NCBI GenBank assembly: GCA_965199955.1
Contig: CBDATQ010000003.1
Coordinates: 96,001 to 160,000 of the forward strand
Source: Spirochaetia bacterium
GTDB taxonomy: Bacteria > Spirochaetota > Spirochaetia > SZUA-6 > Bin103
DNA length: 64,000 nucleotides
Reading direction: 5' to 3'
The position numbers were made by a program, and so were the translations under genes. Positions 46,912-57,021 of the stretch are shown in pieces (position 1 is the stretch's first letter; each line of letters begins with the position of its first letter). Below the pieces are notes generated by a model, which did no database searches, had not been told where the DNA came from, and saw only the letters and a list, made by a program, of their open reading frames with translations.

Positions 46912-47973
46912 ATGGAACACGCATTCTGGTCAGGACGCGGCGATCGTCACCGCCGCCCACGATGGTGCTCGGCCGCGCGCCGTGCGTGCGCGTGCGTGGT
47001 GCTGCTGGCGCTGGCGGCGGCCGGCGCCGCGGGGCAGAACCTGAAGTTCGCCAGCCTGGCGCCGAAGGACACGCTGTGGGACAAGGCGCTGCAGCAGATC
47101 GGCGCCGAGTGGCATCGGCTCTCGGGCGGCGACATCGAGGTGACCGTCTTCCCCGGCGGCGTGGCCGGCGACGAAACCGACATGCTGCGCAAGATGCGTA
47201 CCGGCCAGCTGGACGCCGCCGCGATCTCGGCGATCGGCCTGGCCGGCGTGTACCCCGGCGTGCTGGCGCTCGGCATGCCGTTCCTGTTCGAGAACGAGGA
47301 GGAGGTGGCGCATGCCACCGAGCGGCTCCGCCCCCTGATCGAGGCGGAGTTCGAGCGGCGCGGCTTCAAGATGCTGATGTGGACGGCAGCCGGCTGGGTG
47401 CACTTCTTCAGCCGCGAGCCCACTCTCACCCCCTCCGACCTGCAGCGGCAGAAGCTCAATGTTCCGGACGCCGATCCGGGCGTGGTGGCGACGTGGCAGG
47501 CCGCCGGCTTCCGGATCGCCGAGGTGCCGGCCACGGAGCTCATGCTGGGCCTGCAGACCGGGCTGGTCGACGCCGTGCTGAACACGCCGTTGATCGTCGC
47601 GCCCATGCAGTGGTTCGGCGTCGCCAAGCACATGAACGCGCTGGAGATCGCCCCGTTCTACGGCGCGATGCTGATCTCCATGCGCACGTGGAGGCGGTTT
47701 CCCGAGGAGCTTCAGGCGCAGTTCCTTGAGGTCGTGCAGGAAATCGGCACGGAGGCGACCGCGGAAGTGCTCGAAGCCGAGCGCATTGCCGTCGAGCTCA
47801 TGCGCCGTTTCGGCCTGACCATCCATCAGCCCACGGCCGAGCAGGCGGCCGAGTGGCGGGTGCTGCAGCAGATCTTCGAGCCGATGGTGGGTCCGGTCGT
47901 GGACGAGCGCGCCTTCGAGGTCGTGGTCGAGGCTCTGGCCGACTACCGCGCCGGCCGCGCCGCTTCACCGTAG
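46912..47973 (+). CDS. dctP: TRAP transporter substrate-binding protein DctP (start uncertain)
   Basis: LKFASLAP, FPGGVAGDE..KMRTGQLD, GLQTGLVD. Confidence 0.85.
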   Translation: MEHAFWSGRGDRHRRPRWCSAARRACACVVLLALAAAGAAGQNLKFASLAPKDTLWDKALQQIGAEWHRLSGGDIEVTVFPGGVAGDETDMLRKMRTGQLDAAAISAIGLAGVYPGVLALGMPFLFENEEEVAHATERLRPLIEAEFERRGFKMLMWTAAGWVHFFSREPTLTPSDLQRQKLNVPDADPGVVATWQAAGFRIAEVPATELMLGLQTGLVDAVLNTPLIVAPMQWFGVAKHMNALEIAPFYGAMLISMRTWRRFPEELQAQFLEVVQEIGTEATAEVLEAERIAVELMRRFGLTIHQPTAEQAAEWRVLQQIFEPMVGPVVDERAFEVVVEALADYRAGRAASP

Positions 47974-48975
47974 CGCGGGCCGCGACCGGCGGTAGGCACG
48001 CACCGTCCGCTCGATCCCGGAGCGGTAGCCGGTCGCCGGCGCATAGCCCAGCACGGCCCGCGCGCGGGCGATGGAGAAGTGGTAGTCGTGCGCGGTCTGG
48101 GCCACCCGGTAGACGGTCAGCGGCGGCTCACCGGCCGAGGGAACGGCGCGGTACAGGCACTCGCACAGCCGGGCCGCCGGCAGCGCCACCCGCGCCGGCA
48201 CCGGCCAGCGCGGCGGCCTGCGCTCCAGGAGCAGCGCCGCGTGGCAGAGCAGTTGCCGCCAGGTCACGCGTTCGCCCCCGGTCACCAGCAGCACCTCGCC
48301 GGCCGCCGCTTCGGACTCCAGCGCCAGCTCGAACGCGCGCGCGATGTCGGCCACGTACGCCGGGCAGGTCAGGTGGCGCCCGGCGTCGATGAAGGCCGGC
48401 AACCCGCGCTCGATCGCCCGCAGGATGCGGTAGAAGCTGGTGGTGTCGTCGGGACCGTAGACGTTGCCGAGGCGCAGCACCACGGCGTCGGGCATGAGCT
48501 CGCGCACGCTCCGCTCGGCGGCCAGCTTGCTCTCCTGGTAGCGGTTGACCGGCGGATAGAACGGACCCTGCTCCGTGGTGTCGCGGTGCGGGCCGAAGCC
48601 GTGCACGGCCGCCGAGCTGGCGTGCACGAACCGGCGGCAGCCGGCAGCCCCGGCCGCCCGGCACAGACGGGCCGTGAGCTCGGCGTTGTGGCGCCGGAAG
48701 TGGTCGGCCGTGCCCCAGTCGGTCACCGCCCCCGCGCAGTGCACGACGGTCGTCGCCCCCTGCAGCGCCGCGCCCGCGCCGGCATCGCCGCTCAGGTCGT
48801 GGCGCTGCAGGCGGACTCCGGCCGCCGCCAGCCGGCGCATCCGCTCTTCGGGACCGCCGCGGAACCAGATGCCGCGTACGCGGCGCCCGGACGCCGCCAG
48901 GTGAATGGCGAGCGCGGAGCCGACGAACCCGGACGCGCCGGTCACGACCGTGTCCACGGCGGGCTCCCGACCCAT
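47965..48975 (-). CDS. NAD-dependent epimerase/dehydratase (3beta-HSD-like)
   Basis: VTGASGFVG, YQESK, VYGPDD. Confidence 0.85.
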   Translation of the reverse strand: MGREPAVDTVVTGASGFVGSALAIHLAASGRRVRGIWFRGGPEERMRRLAAAGVRLQRHDLSGDAGAGAALQGATTVVHCAGAVTDWGTADHFRRHNAELTARLCRAAGAAGCRRFVHASSAAVHGFGPHRDTTEQGPFYPPVNRYQESKLAAERSVRELMPDAVVLRLGNVYGPDDTTSFYRILRAIERGLPAFIDAGRHLTCPAYVADIARAFELALESEAAAGEVLLVTGGERVTWRQLLCHAALLLERRPPRWPVPARVALPAARLCECLYRAVPSAGEPPLTVYRVAQTAHDYHFSIARARAVLGYAPATGYRSGIERTVRAYRRSRPALR

Positions 48976-49084
48976 GCGTGCAGCGTGTCCGTCTTGCGCC
49001 CGTGGGCGTCAAGGCGGGGCGGTCGTGTACGACCACGCGGCCGACCGTGCGGCGCGCGCGGCGAGCGGCTAACCGGCCCGGCGG

Positions 49085-49798
49085 TCAGCGCGTCAGCAGG
49101 ATCGACAGGTCCAGGGCGATGCCGGCGGCCGCGTGGATGAAGAGCCCGGGCAGGATCGAGCCGGTGCGCACCGCCAGCAGCCCCATGGCCAGGCCGAACG
49201 GGAAGGCGGCCGCCAGCTCCATGGGCGGGTGGCCGATGTGCAGCAGCGTGGACGCGAGCGCCTGCGGGGTAGCGGCCAGCAGGACGCCGGACGCGCCGGC
49301 GCCGCGACGCGGCACCAGCGGGAACAACAGCGCGCCGCGGAACGTGAGCTCCCACGGCAGGTAGTAGCAGCACAGGTAGGCCAGCGCGTGCGCGGCGATG
49401 CCGAGCGGCGACCGCGCCAGCTCCAGGATTTCGGGCCGCCCGAACGGGTAGAAGGCGGCGAGCTGCGGGTTCCGGCGCGACAGGAACCCGACCAGCGCGG
49501 CGGCCGCGCAGGCCAGCAGCACCGCGGCGGGGTGGATGCGCGTCGCCCTGCGCACGCCGATCTCGTGCAGGCGTCCGCCGCCCAGGCGCAGCACCACGGC
49601 CGGCGCCAGCCCGAGCAGCACCAGCGCGGCGGCGAAACGCACGGCGTAGTCCGCGAACGGCGCCGGTTCGCCGCCGGCCAGCAACCGGGCCAGGGTCGCG
49701 GCTCCCGGCGGGGCCGCCGCCAGCGCGAACAGGGTCACCCCCACGGCGGCCGCGAAGAGGACTGCGGCCGACTCCGAGCGCCGCGCCCAGCCGATCAC
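49085..49798 (-). CDS. CPBP (Abi/CAAX) intramembrane metalloprotease
   Basis: WELTFRG, LLH, RTGSILP..H. Confidence 0.8.
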   Translation of the reverse strand: MIGWARRSESAAVLFAAAVGVTLFALAAAPPGAATLARLLAGGEPAPFADYAVRFAAALVLLGLAPAVVLRLGGGRLHEIGVRRATRIHPAAVLLACAAAALVGFLSRRNPQLAAFYPFGRPEILELARSPLGIAAHALAYLCCYYLPWELTFRGALLFPLVPRRGAGASGVLLAATPQALASTLLHIGHPPMELAAAFPFGLAMGLLAVRTGSILPGLFIHAAAGIALDLSILLTR

Positions 49799-50949
49799 GG
49801 CGCGGCGTCCACGGCGGCGGCCACCGCCGCCGCGACCTGGGCGGCGCCGGTCGGCCGCGGCGCGCGCGCCAGCGCCCGCCGGGCGGACTCCACCTCGCCT
49901 TCGACCAGGGCGCGCCGGAGCGCCGCCTGAAACGCGCGGGCCGAAGGCGCGTACCAGCCGTAGCCGTTGCGGACGATGAAGCTGCGGCTGTGGCGCTCGT
50001 TGGGAGCGCCGACCTGGGTGATCAGGAACGGCCGCCGCGCGGCGGTCACTTCCAGCGTGAACAGCGTGCCGCACTTGCCGGCGGCCAGGTCCGCGGCCGC
50101 CAGCAGCACCTCCATGTCGTCGCGAAACGGCAGCGGCACGACCCGGTTGCCGGCGAACCGCGCCGCCAGGTGCCGCCGCAGCGCTGCGTTGCGGCCCGTG
50201 GCCACCAGCATCAGCGCGTCCGGCACCGCGCGCGTGCACGCCTGCACGAACCCCTCGGCATCGCCGATGCCGGCCCCGCCCAGGCCGTAGAACACCACCG
50301 GCCGCCCCGGCTCCAGGCCCAGCCGCCGTCTGGCTTCCCGGCGGTCCGGCGCGGCCAGGAACCGCCGGTGGGTGATGGGCGCCACGCGTTCGATGCGCTC
50401 ACGCCCCACGCCGGAGTCACGCACCGCGTCGGCGGCAGCCGCACCCATGGCGAAGTAGCGGTCGGCGTGGCAGGCGAGCAGGTGGTGCGGCCCGCCCAGC
50501 TCCGTGAACACGTAGAGCAGCGGCGGCCGGTGCCGGGCCAGCCGCCTGGCGCGGGCGAAAATATGCGCGGTGCCCCAGTGGGTGGCCAGCACCGCCGCCG
50601 GCCGGCGGCCGTCGAGCAGCTCGCGAGCCTGTGGCACCGCCTGCGCGGCCGCCGTGCGGTTGATCATGCGCGTCACCGCCGGCAGCGCCGCCCCGCCGGC
50701 AAAGGCAAGCTGGCCGGCCCGCCGGTGGCGCAGAATCCAGTCCCAGGACGAGACGTAGAAGCGCTCCGTGCGCGGCCCGCCCAGGGCCGCCGCGTCGACC
50801 AGCTCGGCGCCGCGGCCGCGCTCCTCCAGCGCCGCCGCGACCGCGCGCGCCGCCGACAGGTGGCCGGCCCCGGCCGCGAAGTACGGGACGACGACCGGTC
50901 CGGCCGCGCCGTTCCGGGCAGGCGTCGCCGCCGCGCCCGGCCGCGTCAT
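49795..50949 (-). CDS. MGDG-synthase-like glycosyltransferase (GT28)
   Basis: AGAGHLSAA, ATHW, GGAGIG, TGRN, AADL..K, PNE. Confidence 0.75.
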   Translation of the reverse strand: MTRPGAAATPARNGAAGPVVVPYFAAGAGHLSAARAVAAALEERGRGAELVDAAALGGPRTERFYVSSWDWILRHRRAGQLAFAGGAALPAVTRMINRTAAAQAVPQARELLDGRRPAAVLATHWGTAHIFARARRLARHRPPLLYVFTELGGPHHLLACHADRYFAMGAAAADAVRDSGVGRERIERVAPITHRRFLAAPDRREARRRLGLEPGRPVVFYGLGGAGIGDAEGFVQACTRAVPDALMLVATGRNAALRRHLAARFAGNRVVPLPFRDDMEVLLAAADLAAGKCGTLFTLEVTAARRPFLITQVGAPNERHSRSFIVRNGYGWYAPSARAFQAALRRALVEGEVESARRALARAPRPTGAAQVAAAVAAAVDAAP

Positions 50950-52031
50950 CGCGCGTCGCCGGCGCCGCGGTAGAGGGCTGCGATGCGATCGCCGATGTCG
51001 TTCCAGTCGAACTGCTGCGCCCGCGCCCGCGCGGCGCGGCCGGCCGCCTGCAGGTCCATGCCGCGGGCGTTCCGCATCGCCTCGGGCAGAGCGCCGGGCT
51101 CGTCCGGCTCGTAGAGGACCCCCATGCTGCCGTCGATCAGGTCCGCCATGCAGCCTCGGCGCGGCAGCACCACGGGCAACCCGAAGCCGAGCGCCTGGAT
51201 GGCGCTGCCGGAGGTCATCACCTCCCGGAACGGAAACACGGCCACGTCCGCGGCGTTGAGGTAGTACTGAAACTCCTCCTCCGGGAAGAAGTCGGAGGTC
51301 TCGATCCGAATCGACCGCGCCGCGCGGGCGGCCGCGGCCACCCGTTCCAGAAGCCCCGGCGCCCGCGCGTTGGTCTTCATCATCAGGATCAGCAGGTCCT
51401 CGGGCCGCGCGATCTCCCGGTACGCGTCGACCAGCTCCTCCAGCCCCTTGTATCCGCGCAGGTTGCCGAAGAACACGTACACGAAGCGGCCGTCCTCGAT
51501 CCCCAGCCGGGCGCGCGCCGCCGGGCGCGTGACCTCGCCCGGAAACACGTCCATGAAGTGCCCGTGCGGGATCACGTGCACGGATTCCGCTCCGTAGCGG
51601 CGGGTGAGCTGCTCGGCGCCGTAGCGGCAGTGGGCGATCACGACGTCCGCCTCGCGCGCCACCAGCAAGTTGACCAGCCGGTCCAGCTCCGGGTGCGGAC
51701 GCTCGTGCGGGAACAGGTTGTGCAGGGTCCAGACGACGCGGTAGCCGATCCGCCTGGCGTGAATGAGCGTCTCGGCGAAGCGCGCGTACTCGCCCAGTGC
51801 CCCTTCCGGGCCGCCCTGCGTGTAGAACCGGTCGAGCCAATTCAGGTGCAGCACCGAGTACTCCGGCCGCGAACGCTCCAGCCAGTCGGCGCCGAACGCA
51901 TAGTCGCCGGGTTCCAGGTGGATGTCGTGGCGGCGCAGCGACCGCGCCAGCAGCGCCCCGTACTGATTGGAGCGCCCGCCCAGCCGCAGGTCGCCGCCGG
52001 CTTCCCAGAAGAAGAACGCGCGCATGCTCAT
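50946..52031 (-). CDS. GT4-family glycosyltransferase
   Basis: WTLHNLFPHE, VIPHG, FGNLRGYKG, AADVAVFPF..SG. Confidence 0.85.
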   Translation of the reverse strand: MSMRAFFFWEAGGDLRLGGRSNQYGALLARSLRRHDIHLEPGDYAFGADWLERSRPEYSVLHLNWLDRFYTQGGPEGALGEYARFAETLIHARRIGYRVVWTLHNLFPHERPHPELDRLVNLLVAREADVVIAHCRYGAEQLTRRYGAESVHVIPHGHFMDVFPGEVTRPAARARLGIEDGRFVYVFFGNLRGYKGLEELVDAYREIARPEDLLILMMKTNARAPGLLERVAAAARAARSIRIETSDFFPEEEFQYYLNAADVAVFPFREVMTSGSAIQALGFGLPVVLPRRGCMADLIDGSMGVLYEPDEPGALPEAMRNARGMDLQAAGRAARARAQQFDWNDIGDRIAALYRGAGDAR

Positions 52032-54109
52032 CCGTCCAGGGCTCGCCAGCCGGCCCCGGCCGCGTCCGGAGGCTGCCAGCGGCGTTCGCCGTCCTCGCGG
52101 CCGATGACCAGAGAGGCAGTTGCCTCTTCCCATTCGATCCGCGCGGGCTCCGAGTTCACGCCGCCGGTCTCGATCACGGTGAGGAAGTCGGCGGCCCGCC
52201 CCCGGCGGGTACGCACCAGAACATCGGTGCGCTCGGAGGCGGGGTTGAACGGCGCGTCGCCGACCGCCACCGAGCCGCCCGCCTCACGCGGCAGGTGGAG
52301 GGCGACCCAGCCGCCGGCCGTGTTCCAGAGCGCCGCCGCCCCTCCGGCGGCGACCCCGCTCTCGCGCACGCGGACGTGGGGGAGATCGACGGCCGGAGCC
52401 GCGGCGGCCGCGCCGCGCAGCCAGGCGAGCGCTGCGCGCACGCGGAACAGCCACTGCACCACGTGCTCGCCCGGCGAGCGGACGCCGAACCAATCCAGGA
52501 AGCAGCGCCCATCCGACGCCACGGTCCGCGTCATGGTGGTCCCCGCGTAGAGCGCCTCCGCCTCATCGCCGGCACCCGCACCGCCGGCGCCGAACCGCAC
52601 CTGCGCCTGCACCTGGTCGGGGCCGCCTGGAGGATGCTCGAAGCCGATCGGCTCGCCGCACGCGGGCGGCTGCGAACGGCGGTCCAGGATCACGGTGTTG
52701 TGGCTGAACGACTGCCGGTACCAGGAGCGGTGCAGCGGCACCCCGTAGCCGGGCGAGCCCAGGTCGGGCGAGACCGCCTCGCCCGCCGCGTACAGGGACA
52801 GGGCCAGCTTGTCCGGATGGCCGTGCCCGCCCCCCGGCGGACCGTGCTTGAGCAACACCCACGACTCGGGCGGGCCCGGCGCGTGGCGCTGTCGCAGCAC
52901 GCTGAGGCCGATGTCCGGAAGGCTGACGCTGCCGGTTCCGGCCGCGCCGGCGTAACCGGCGCCGGGGCCGGGGCCGGGGCCGGCCGCCTGAACCTCCTCC
53001 GGGCCGTACAGGAGCGCCTCCATCGAGTCGCGCGGCATCGTCCGGTAATTCTCCACCAACACCGCATGGAATGAGGGATCGCCGAACCAGCCGGCCGCCA
53101 CCTCGTACAGGGCGCGCGCGGGCGGCACCCCATGGCAGACGTCGCCGCGCAGCGAGGAGAAGAACCAGCAGTCGTTGGTGGCCGGCAGCCGTCCGTCTGG
53201 CATGCTGATCGCCAGCGGCGCGGCATACATACCCCGGAGCTCCTCCGCCCGCGCGCACTCCGGGCTGGCCGCCGCCACGGCCGCGGCCAGCGTGGTGAGC
53301 GCGTGGGCCGCGTAGAAGTGATAGCTCGACGAGCACTCCCACCAGAGGCCGTCGGCGAGCCCGTCGCGCAGCAGCCTCCAGAAGCCGAAGGCGCCGTCGA
53401 TCGCCTCGTCCACCAGGGCGTGGTCGCCGATGGCCGTGCCCACCGCGGCCAGCGCCGCGTGGTGCCAGCACTCGATATTGTGGACTTCGTGAAACCGCTG
53501 AGCGCGGATGTGACAGGCCGCCGGCTTCAGCAGGCCGCCTTCGATCAGATCCCGGTCGCGCGGGGGCAACCGCTCGCGCAGCAGGTCGTAGGCGCGCGCC
53601 ATCGGCACGACGATGTTCGCTTCGTCCAGCGACTGGTACGTGGCCTTGCCGCGGCCGCCGCCGCGCGACGTGTGCGTCCCAAGCGGGTACCCGCGGTAGC
53701 GCCGCGCGTAGCCGGTGAGCACCGCGGAGGCACGGTCGGCGGCGCGCGCGTCGCCGTCCAGCCGCCACAGCAGCGCGGCCTGCAGCGCGCCGTGGGCGAG
53801 CAGGTGATTGGCGCCGAAGCGCCACGCCTCGTCGAACGGCGACCCGCTCCAAACGCGCCCGTCGACCGGGCAGACGTGCGCGTGCGGCTTGCTCGGATCG
53901 AAGCGCAGCTCGGCCGCGTGGTCGGGACAGAAGTAGTTGTGGTAGAGCCCGGCCGGCTCGTCGGGCGGTTCCAGTTCGACGGCGAGCAGGGCGCCGGCGC
54001 GCCGACGCAGACCGTCACGGGCGTCGGCGAACCGTTCCGAACGCCAGCGGGCCGCCGCCCGCTCCAGAAGCCGCTCCGGGATCAGCCGCACGCCTTTAGC
54101 GTACCGCAT
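52028..54109 (-). CDS. Heparinase II/III-like (oligo-alginate lyase-like) protein
   Basis: QSLDEA, HNIECWH, DGLWWE.S..YH, GHGHPDKL, SHNTV; start uncertain. Confidence 0.8.
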   Translation of the reverse strand: MRYAKGVRLIPERLLERAAARWRSERFADARDGLRRRAGALLAVELEPPDEPAGLYHNYFCPDHAAELRFDPSKPHAHVCPVDGRVWSGSPFDEAWRFGANHLLAHGALQAALLWRLDGDARAADRASAVLTGYARRYRGYPLGTHTSRGGGRGKATYQSLDEANIVVPMARAYDLLRERLPPRDRDLIEGGLLKPAACHIRAQRFHEVHNIECWHHAALAAVGTAIGDHALVDEAIDGAFGFWRLLRDGLADGLWWECSSSYHFYAAHALTTLAAAVAAASPECARAEELRGMYAAPLAISMPDGRLPATNDCWFFSSLRGDVCHGVPPARALYEVAAGWFGDPSFHAVLVENYRTMPRDSMEALLYGPEEVQAAGPGPGPGAGYAGAAGTGSVSLPDIGLSVLRQRHAPGPPESWVLLKHGPPGGGHGHPDKLALSLYAAGEAVSPDLGSPGYGVPLHRSWYRQSFSHNTVILDRRSQPPACGEPIGFEHPPGGPDQVQAQVRFGAGGAGAGDEAEALYAGTTMTRTVASDGRCFLDWFGVRSPGEHVVQWLFRVRAALAWLRGAAAAAPAVDLPHVRVRESGVAAGGAAALWNTAGGWVALHLPREAGGSVAVGDAPFNPASERTDVLVRTRRGRAADFLTVIETGGVNSEPARIEWEEATASLVIGREDGERRWQPPDAAGAGWRALDG

Positions 54110-54260
54110 AGGCTCAGCCTCATTCGCCCGCCTGTCCGGCCGAAGGATCCGCCGTCGAACGAACCTATCCGAGGAACGGCTGCCGGACCGCCGCTGGCTA
54201 CCGACCACGAACGGCGATACGGCCTCCGAACGACGTCTGAAACAGCTGATCCGCACGGGA

Positions 54261-55247
54261 TCAACCCGGCGACGGTCGGGCGCTGCGGTACCAGTGCACG
54301 CAGGCGCGCAGATGCGCATCCACGTCGCCGTCCGGGCGATAGCCCAGGACGCTCCTGGCGCGGTCGCACCGGTAGTGGAAGTCCTTCGCCGCACGGACCA
54401 CGCGATAGCGGGTGACCAGGGGCGGCCGGCGCAGCCGCGCCAGGCGCCCGAACACCTCGGCCGCCTCCGCCACCGGCCGCGCCACCGCATACGGCACGCT
54501 GCGCGCCCGCAGGCTGACCCCTAGCGCACGGGCGCAGCGGCCGGTGAGCTGCCTCCAGCTCATCGTGACGTCGTCGGTCAGTATGAAGGTGCCGGGCAGG
54601 CGCCGTTCCAGGGCCAGCACCGCCGCCTGCGCCAGGTTGCCGACGTACAACGGCGTCAGCAGCGCGCGCCCGCCGCCGACCAGCGCCCACGTGCCGGCGT
54701 CGATCCGCTCCAGCATGGGCAGCGTCCAGCGGCGGTCGCCGGGCCCGTACACGGCGCTGGGACGCAGAATCGTCAGCCGCACCCCACGGCGGACGGCGTG
54801 CAGGAGGGCGGAGCGCTCGGCGGCGCGCTTTGACCGCGAGTACGCCGAGGACACCCTCGCGCCGCCACTGTCCTCGTCGAGGTCGCGGCCGTAGCCGCCG
54901 GCGTTGGCGGTCGACACGTGCACGACGTGCCCGGCGCCCGCGCGCGCCGCCGCCTCCACGACGTTGACGGCGCCGGCGACGTTGTCGCGCTCGAAGTCGG
55001 CGCGGGTGCCCCAGTCGACGGCGCGCGCCGCGCAGTGGACGACGGCCCGGCAGCCGGCGAAGGCCGCCGCCAGGCCCGGCACGTCATCCAGCGCGGCCGG
55101 TGCCAGCGCCGCCCCCTGCCCCAGCTCCCGCAGGGCTCGGGTGTCGCTCGTCGCCCGCACCGTGCAGACCACCTCCTCCCCGCCCGCGGCGAGCGCGGCG
55201 GCGCACGCGTGGCCGACGAAACCCGTAGCCCCGGTGACCGCCGTCAC
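54261..55247 (-). CDS. NAD-dependent epimerase/dehydratase (3beta-HSD-like)
   Basis: VTGATGFVG, YSRSK, RPSAVYGPGD; GTG after GGGAG. Confidence 0.85.
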   Translation of the reverse strand: MTAVTGATGFVGHACAAALAAGGEEVVCTVRATSDTRALRELGQGAALAPAALDDVPGLAAAFAGCRAVVHCAARAVDWGTRADFERDNVAGAVNVVEAAARAGAGHVVHVSTANAGGYGRDLDEDSGGARVSSAYSRSKRAAERSALLHAVRRGVRLTILRPSAVYGPGDRRWTLPMLERIDAGTWALVGGGRALLTPLYVGNLAQAAVLALERRLPGTFILTDDVTMSWRQLTGRCARALGVSLRARSVPYAVARPVAEAAEVFGRLARLRRPPLVTRYRVVRAAKDFHYRCDRARSVLGYRPDGDVDAHLRACVHWYRSARPSPG

Positions 55248-55478
55248 GGCTCCCGACCATAGCCCACGGCGGCGGGCGGTGGCGCTGCGCCTCCCGGAAC
55301 GATCGGTCCCCATTCGTGGCCGACCGCACCGTCAGGTGAGGGAAGTACGCATGAGCGATGTAGACGGGCGCTGGAACCTGGAGATCGAGACGATTCGCGG
55401 CAAGCGGACGCTGACCTGCACGGTCGACGGCGACACCATCAGCGGCACGATCGACGGCCCCAAGCAGAAACTGGCGAC

Positions 55479-55735
55479 GTGCAAGGGCTCGCGTACGGCA
55501 TCGGCGAGTCCGCCGAGGGCATGAAGCGCAACGCGACCTCGCTGTTCGTGCTTTTCTACTACAATCAGGTACTGGGTCTGCCGGGCACGCTGGCGGGCGC
55601 GGCGCTGTTCATCGCCCTGCTGGTCGACGGATTCACGGACCCGCTGGTCGGAACGTGGTCCGATCATTGCCGGTCGAAGCTGGGACGGCGCCATCCCTTA
55701 ATGTTCGCGGCCGCGCTGCCGGTGGGGCTGGCCTC
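55479..55735 (+). pseudogene. Truncated GPH/MelB-type MFS transporter
   Basis: LAYGIG..FYYNQVLGL..DGFTDPLVGTWSD..SKLGRRHP, then similarity is lost. Confidence 0.75.
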
Positions 55736-56210
55736 TGAGCCTCTATCTCCTGGAGTATTTCCTGGGCACTCCACAGCGGACAGATGGTGGTCGTCCAGAC
55801 TGGCGACGCTGGTGGGACTGTTCGCCGGCATCGTCGCGCTCCGTTTCGTCCTGTTCGAGTGCTCCGGGATTGCGGCCCGGAAGCGCGACCCTCCGCCGGC
55901 AAGCGGAGATTCAACACCGCTGATCGATTCAGCCACACCTGCTTGCGGTAAGCCAACTGCCTGGGAAACTTCCTTTTTGAAACGCACCGCCGACTCGTCT
56001 CGTGCCGGGTCGCTGGTCGAATACAACAGTTCCACCACGGGCAGGGAGTAGCTACCCAGCCCCGGAGCGAATAGGTCAGAGCCCCACAACCGCGAGATCG
56101 GTAGGTGCGTTTCGAAATCGGCCCGGCGCCTTCGGTGCCGATGAGCCGACACTACGGGCAGCACCTGCTTGCACTGAAGCTCACCCGCTGTCCGATTCAG
56201 GGAGGCGGGT

Positions 56211-56702
56211 ATGGTCCGCTCATTTATCATCGGGGTTCTACTGGTCGCCGGAGCCGTGGCGACATTCGCAGAAGTGGTAGACGTAGAGGCCTTCGGACGG
56301 TGCGAAGTCGTTACCAAGATAGATGATTTCACCGACGAGGTGGAGCACCATTTACTCATATGTGCCGGTTCCGGGTTAGGCATCAGCGTGGCTTGCTTTG
56401 AACGCATTGGCGGCTATGCAGTGTATTTTGATGTCGATGGCGTATTCCTGGCAGGCGACAGCAAAGTCACCATCAAATACCGATTCGACAAGGATGAGCC
56501 GTTCGTTGGGGAAGGAATCACCGTCAGTGGGTTCGGCGTGCTTGTTGGTCGGGTCCATTTCGACGAGGTTCTTGATGGAATCGTCGGTGCGGAATCTGTT
56601 GCTGTCCAGCTTGACGACAAGACCAAACGCCTGCAACTCGGCGATGCAGGAGAAGGTCGCTTGGTATCGGAACTCCGAGCGAGGTGCCCGACAGAAGGTT
56701 AG
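56211..56702 (+). CDS. Hypothetical exported protein (lower GC)
   Basis: GGGAGG RBS, signal peptide, IDDFTD, YRFDK. Confidence 0.6.
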   Translation: MVRSFIIGVLLVAGAVATFAEVVDVEAFGRCEVVTKIDDFTDEVEHHLLICAGSGLGISVACFERIGGYAVYFDVDGVFLAGDSKVTIKYRFDKDEPFVGEGITVSGFGVLVGRVHFDEVLDGIVGAESVAVQLDDKTKRLQLGDAGEGRLVSELRARCPTEG

Positions 56703-56721
56703 GTATAGGTAACTTATATTA

Positions 56722-57010
56722 TTCCAGTACGGGCCCTACTTCCGCAACATCCAGCGCGTCCTGTGGGAGGACACCACCGCCAACTACCTGTTCGACGTGG
56801 AGATAAACGAGCGGCTTTGGATGGACGGCCGCGAAGAGGGCTACGTCGCCAACCCGGCGCTGCTCGACGGCGGGTTGCAGATCTTCCTCTACCACCTGCT
56901 GCGCGCCACCGACATCTTTGCCGCGCCGTGCCGTGGGCGTGACGTTCCTGCGCCCGCCGACCGGACCGCGGCTGACCTGCTACGTGAAGAAGGATCCTGA
57001 CTCGGCCGAC
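56722..57010 (+). pseudogene. Fragment of a polyketide synthase dehydratase (DH) domain
   Basis: FQYGPYFRNI...NPALLDGGLQ matches the YGPxF and HPALLDxxLQ motifs; frameshift near 56920. Confidence 0.65.
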
Positions 57011-57021
57011 GGAGGCATGCC

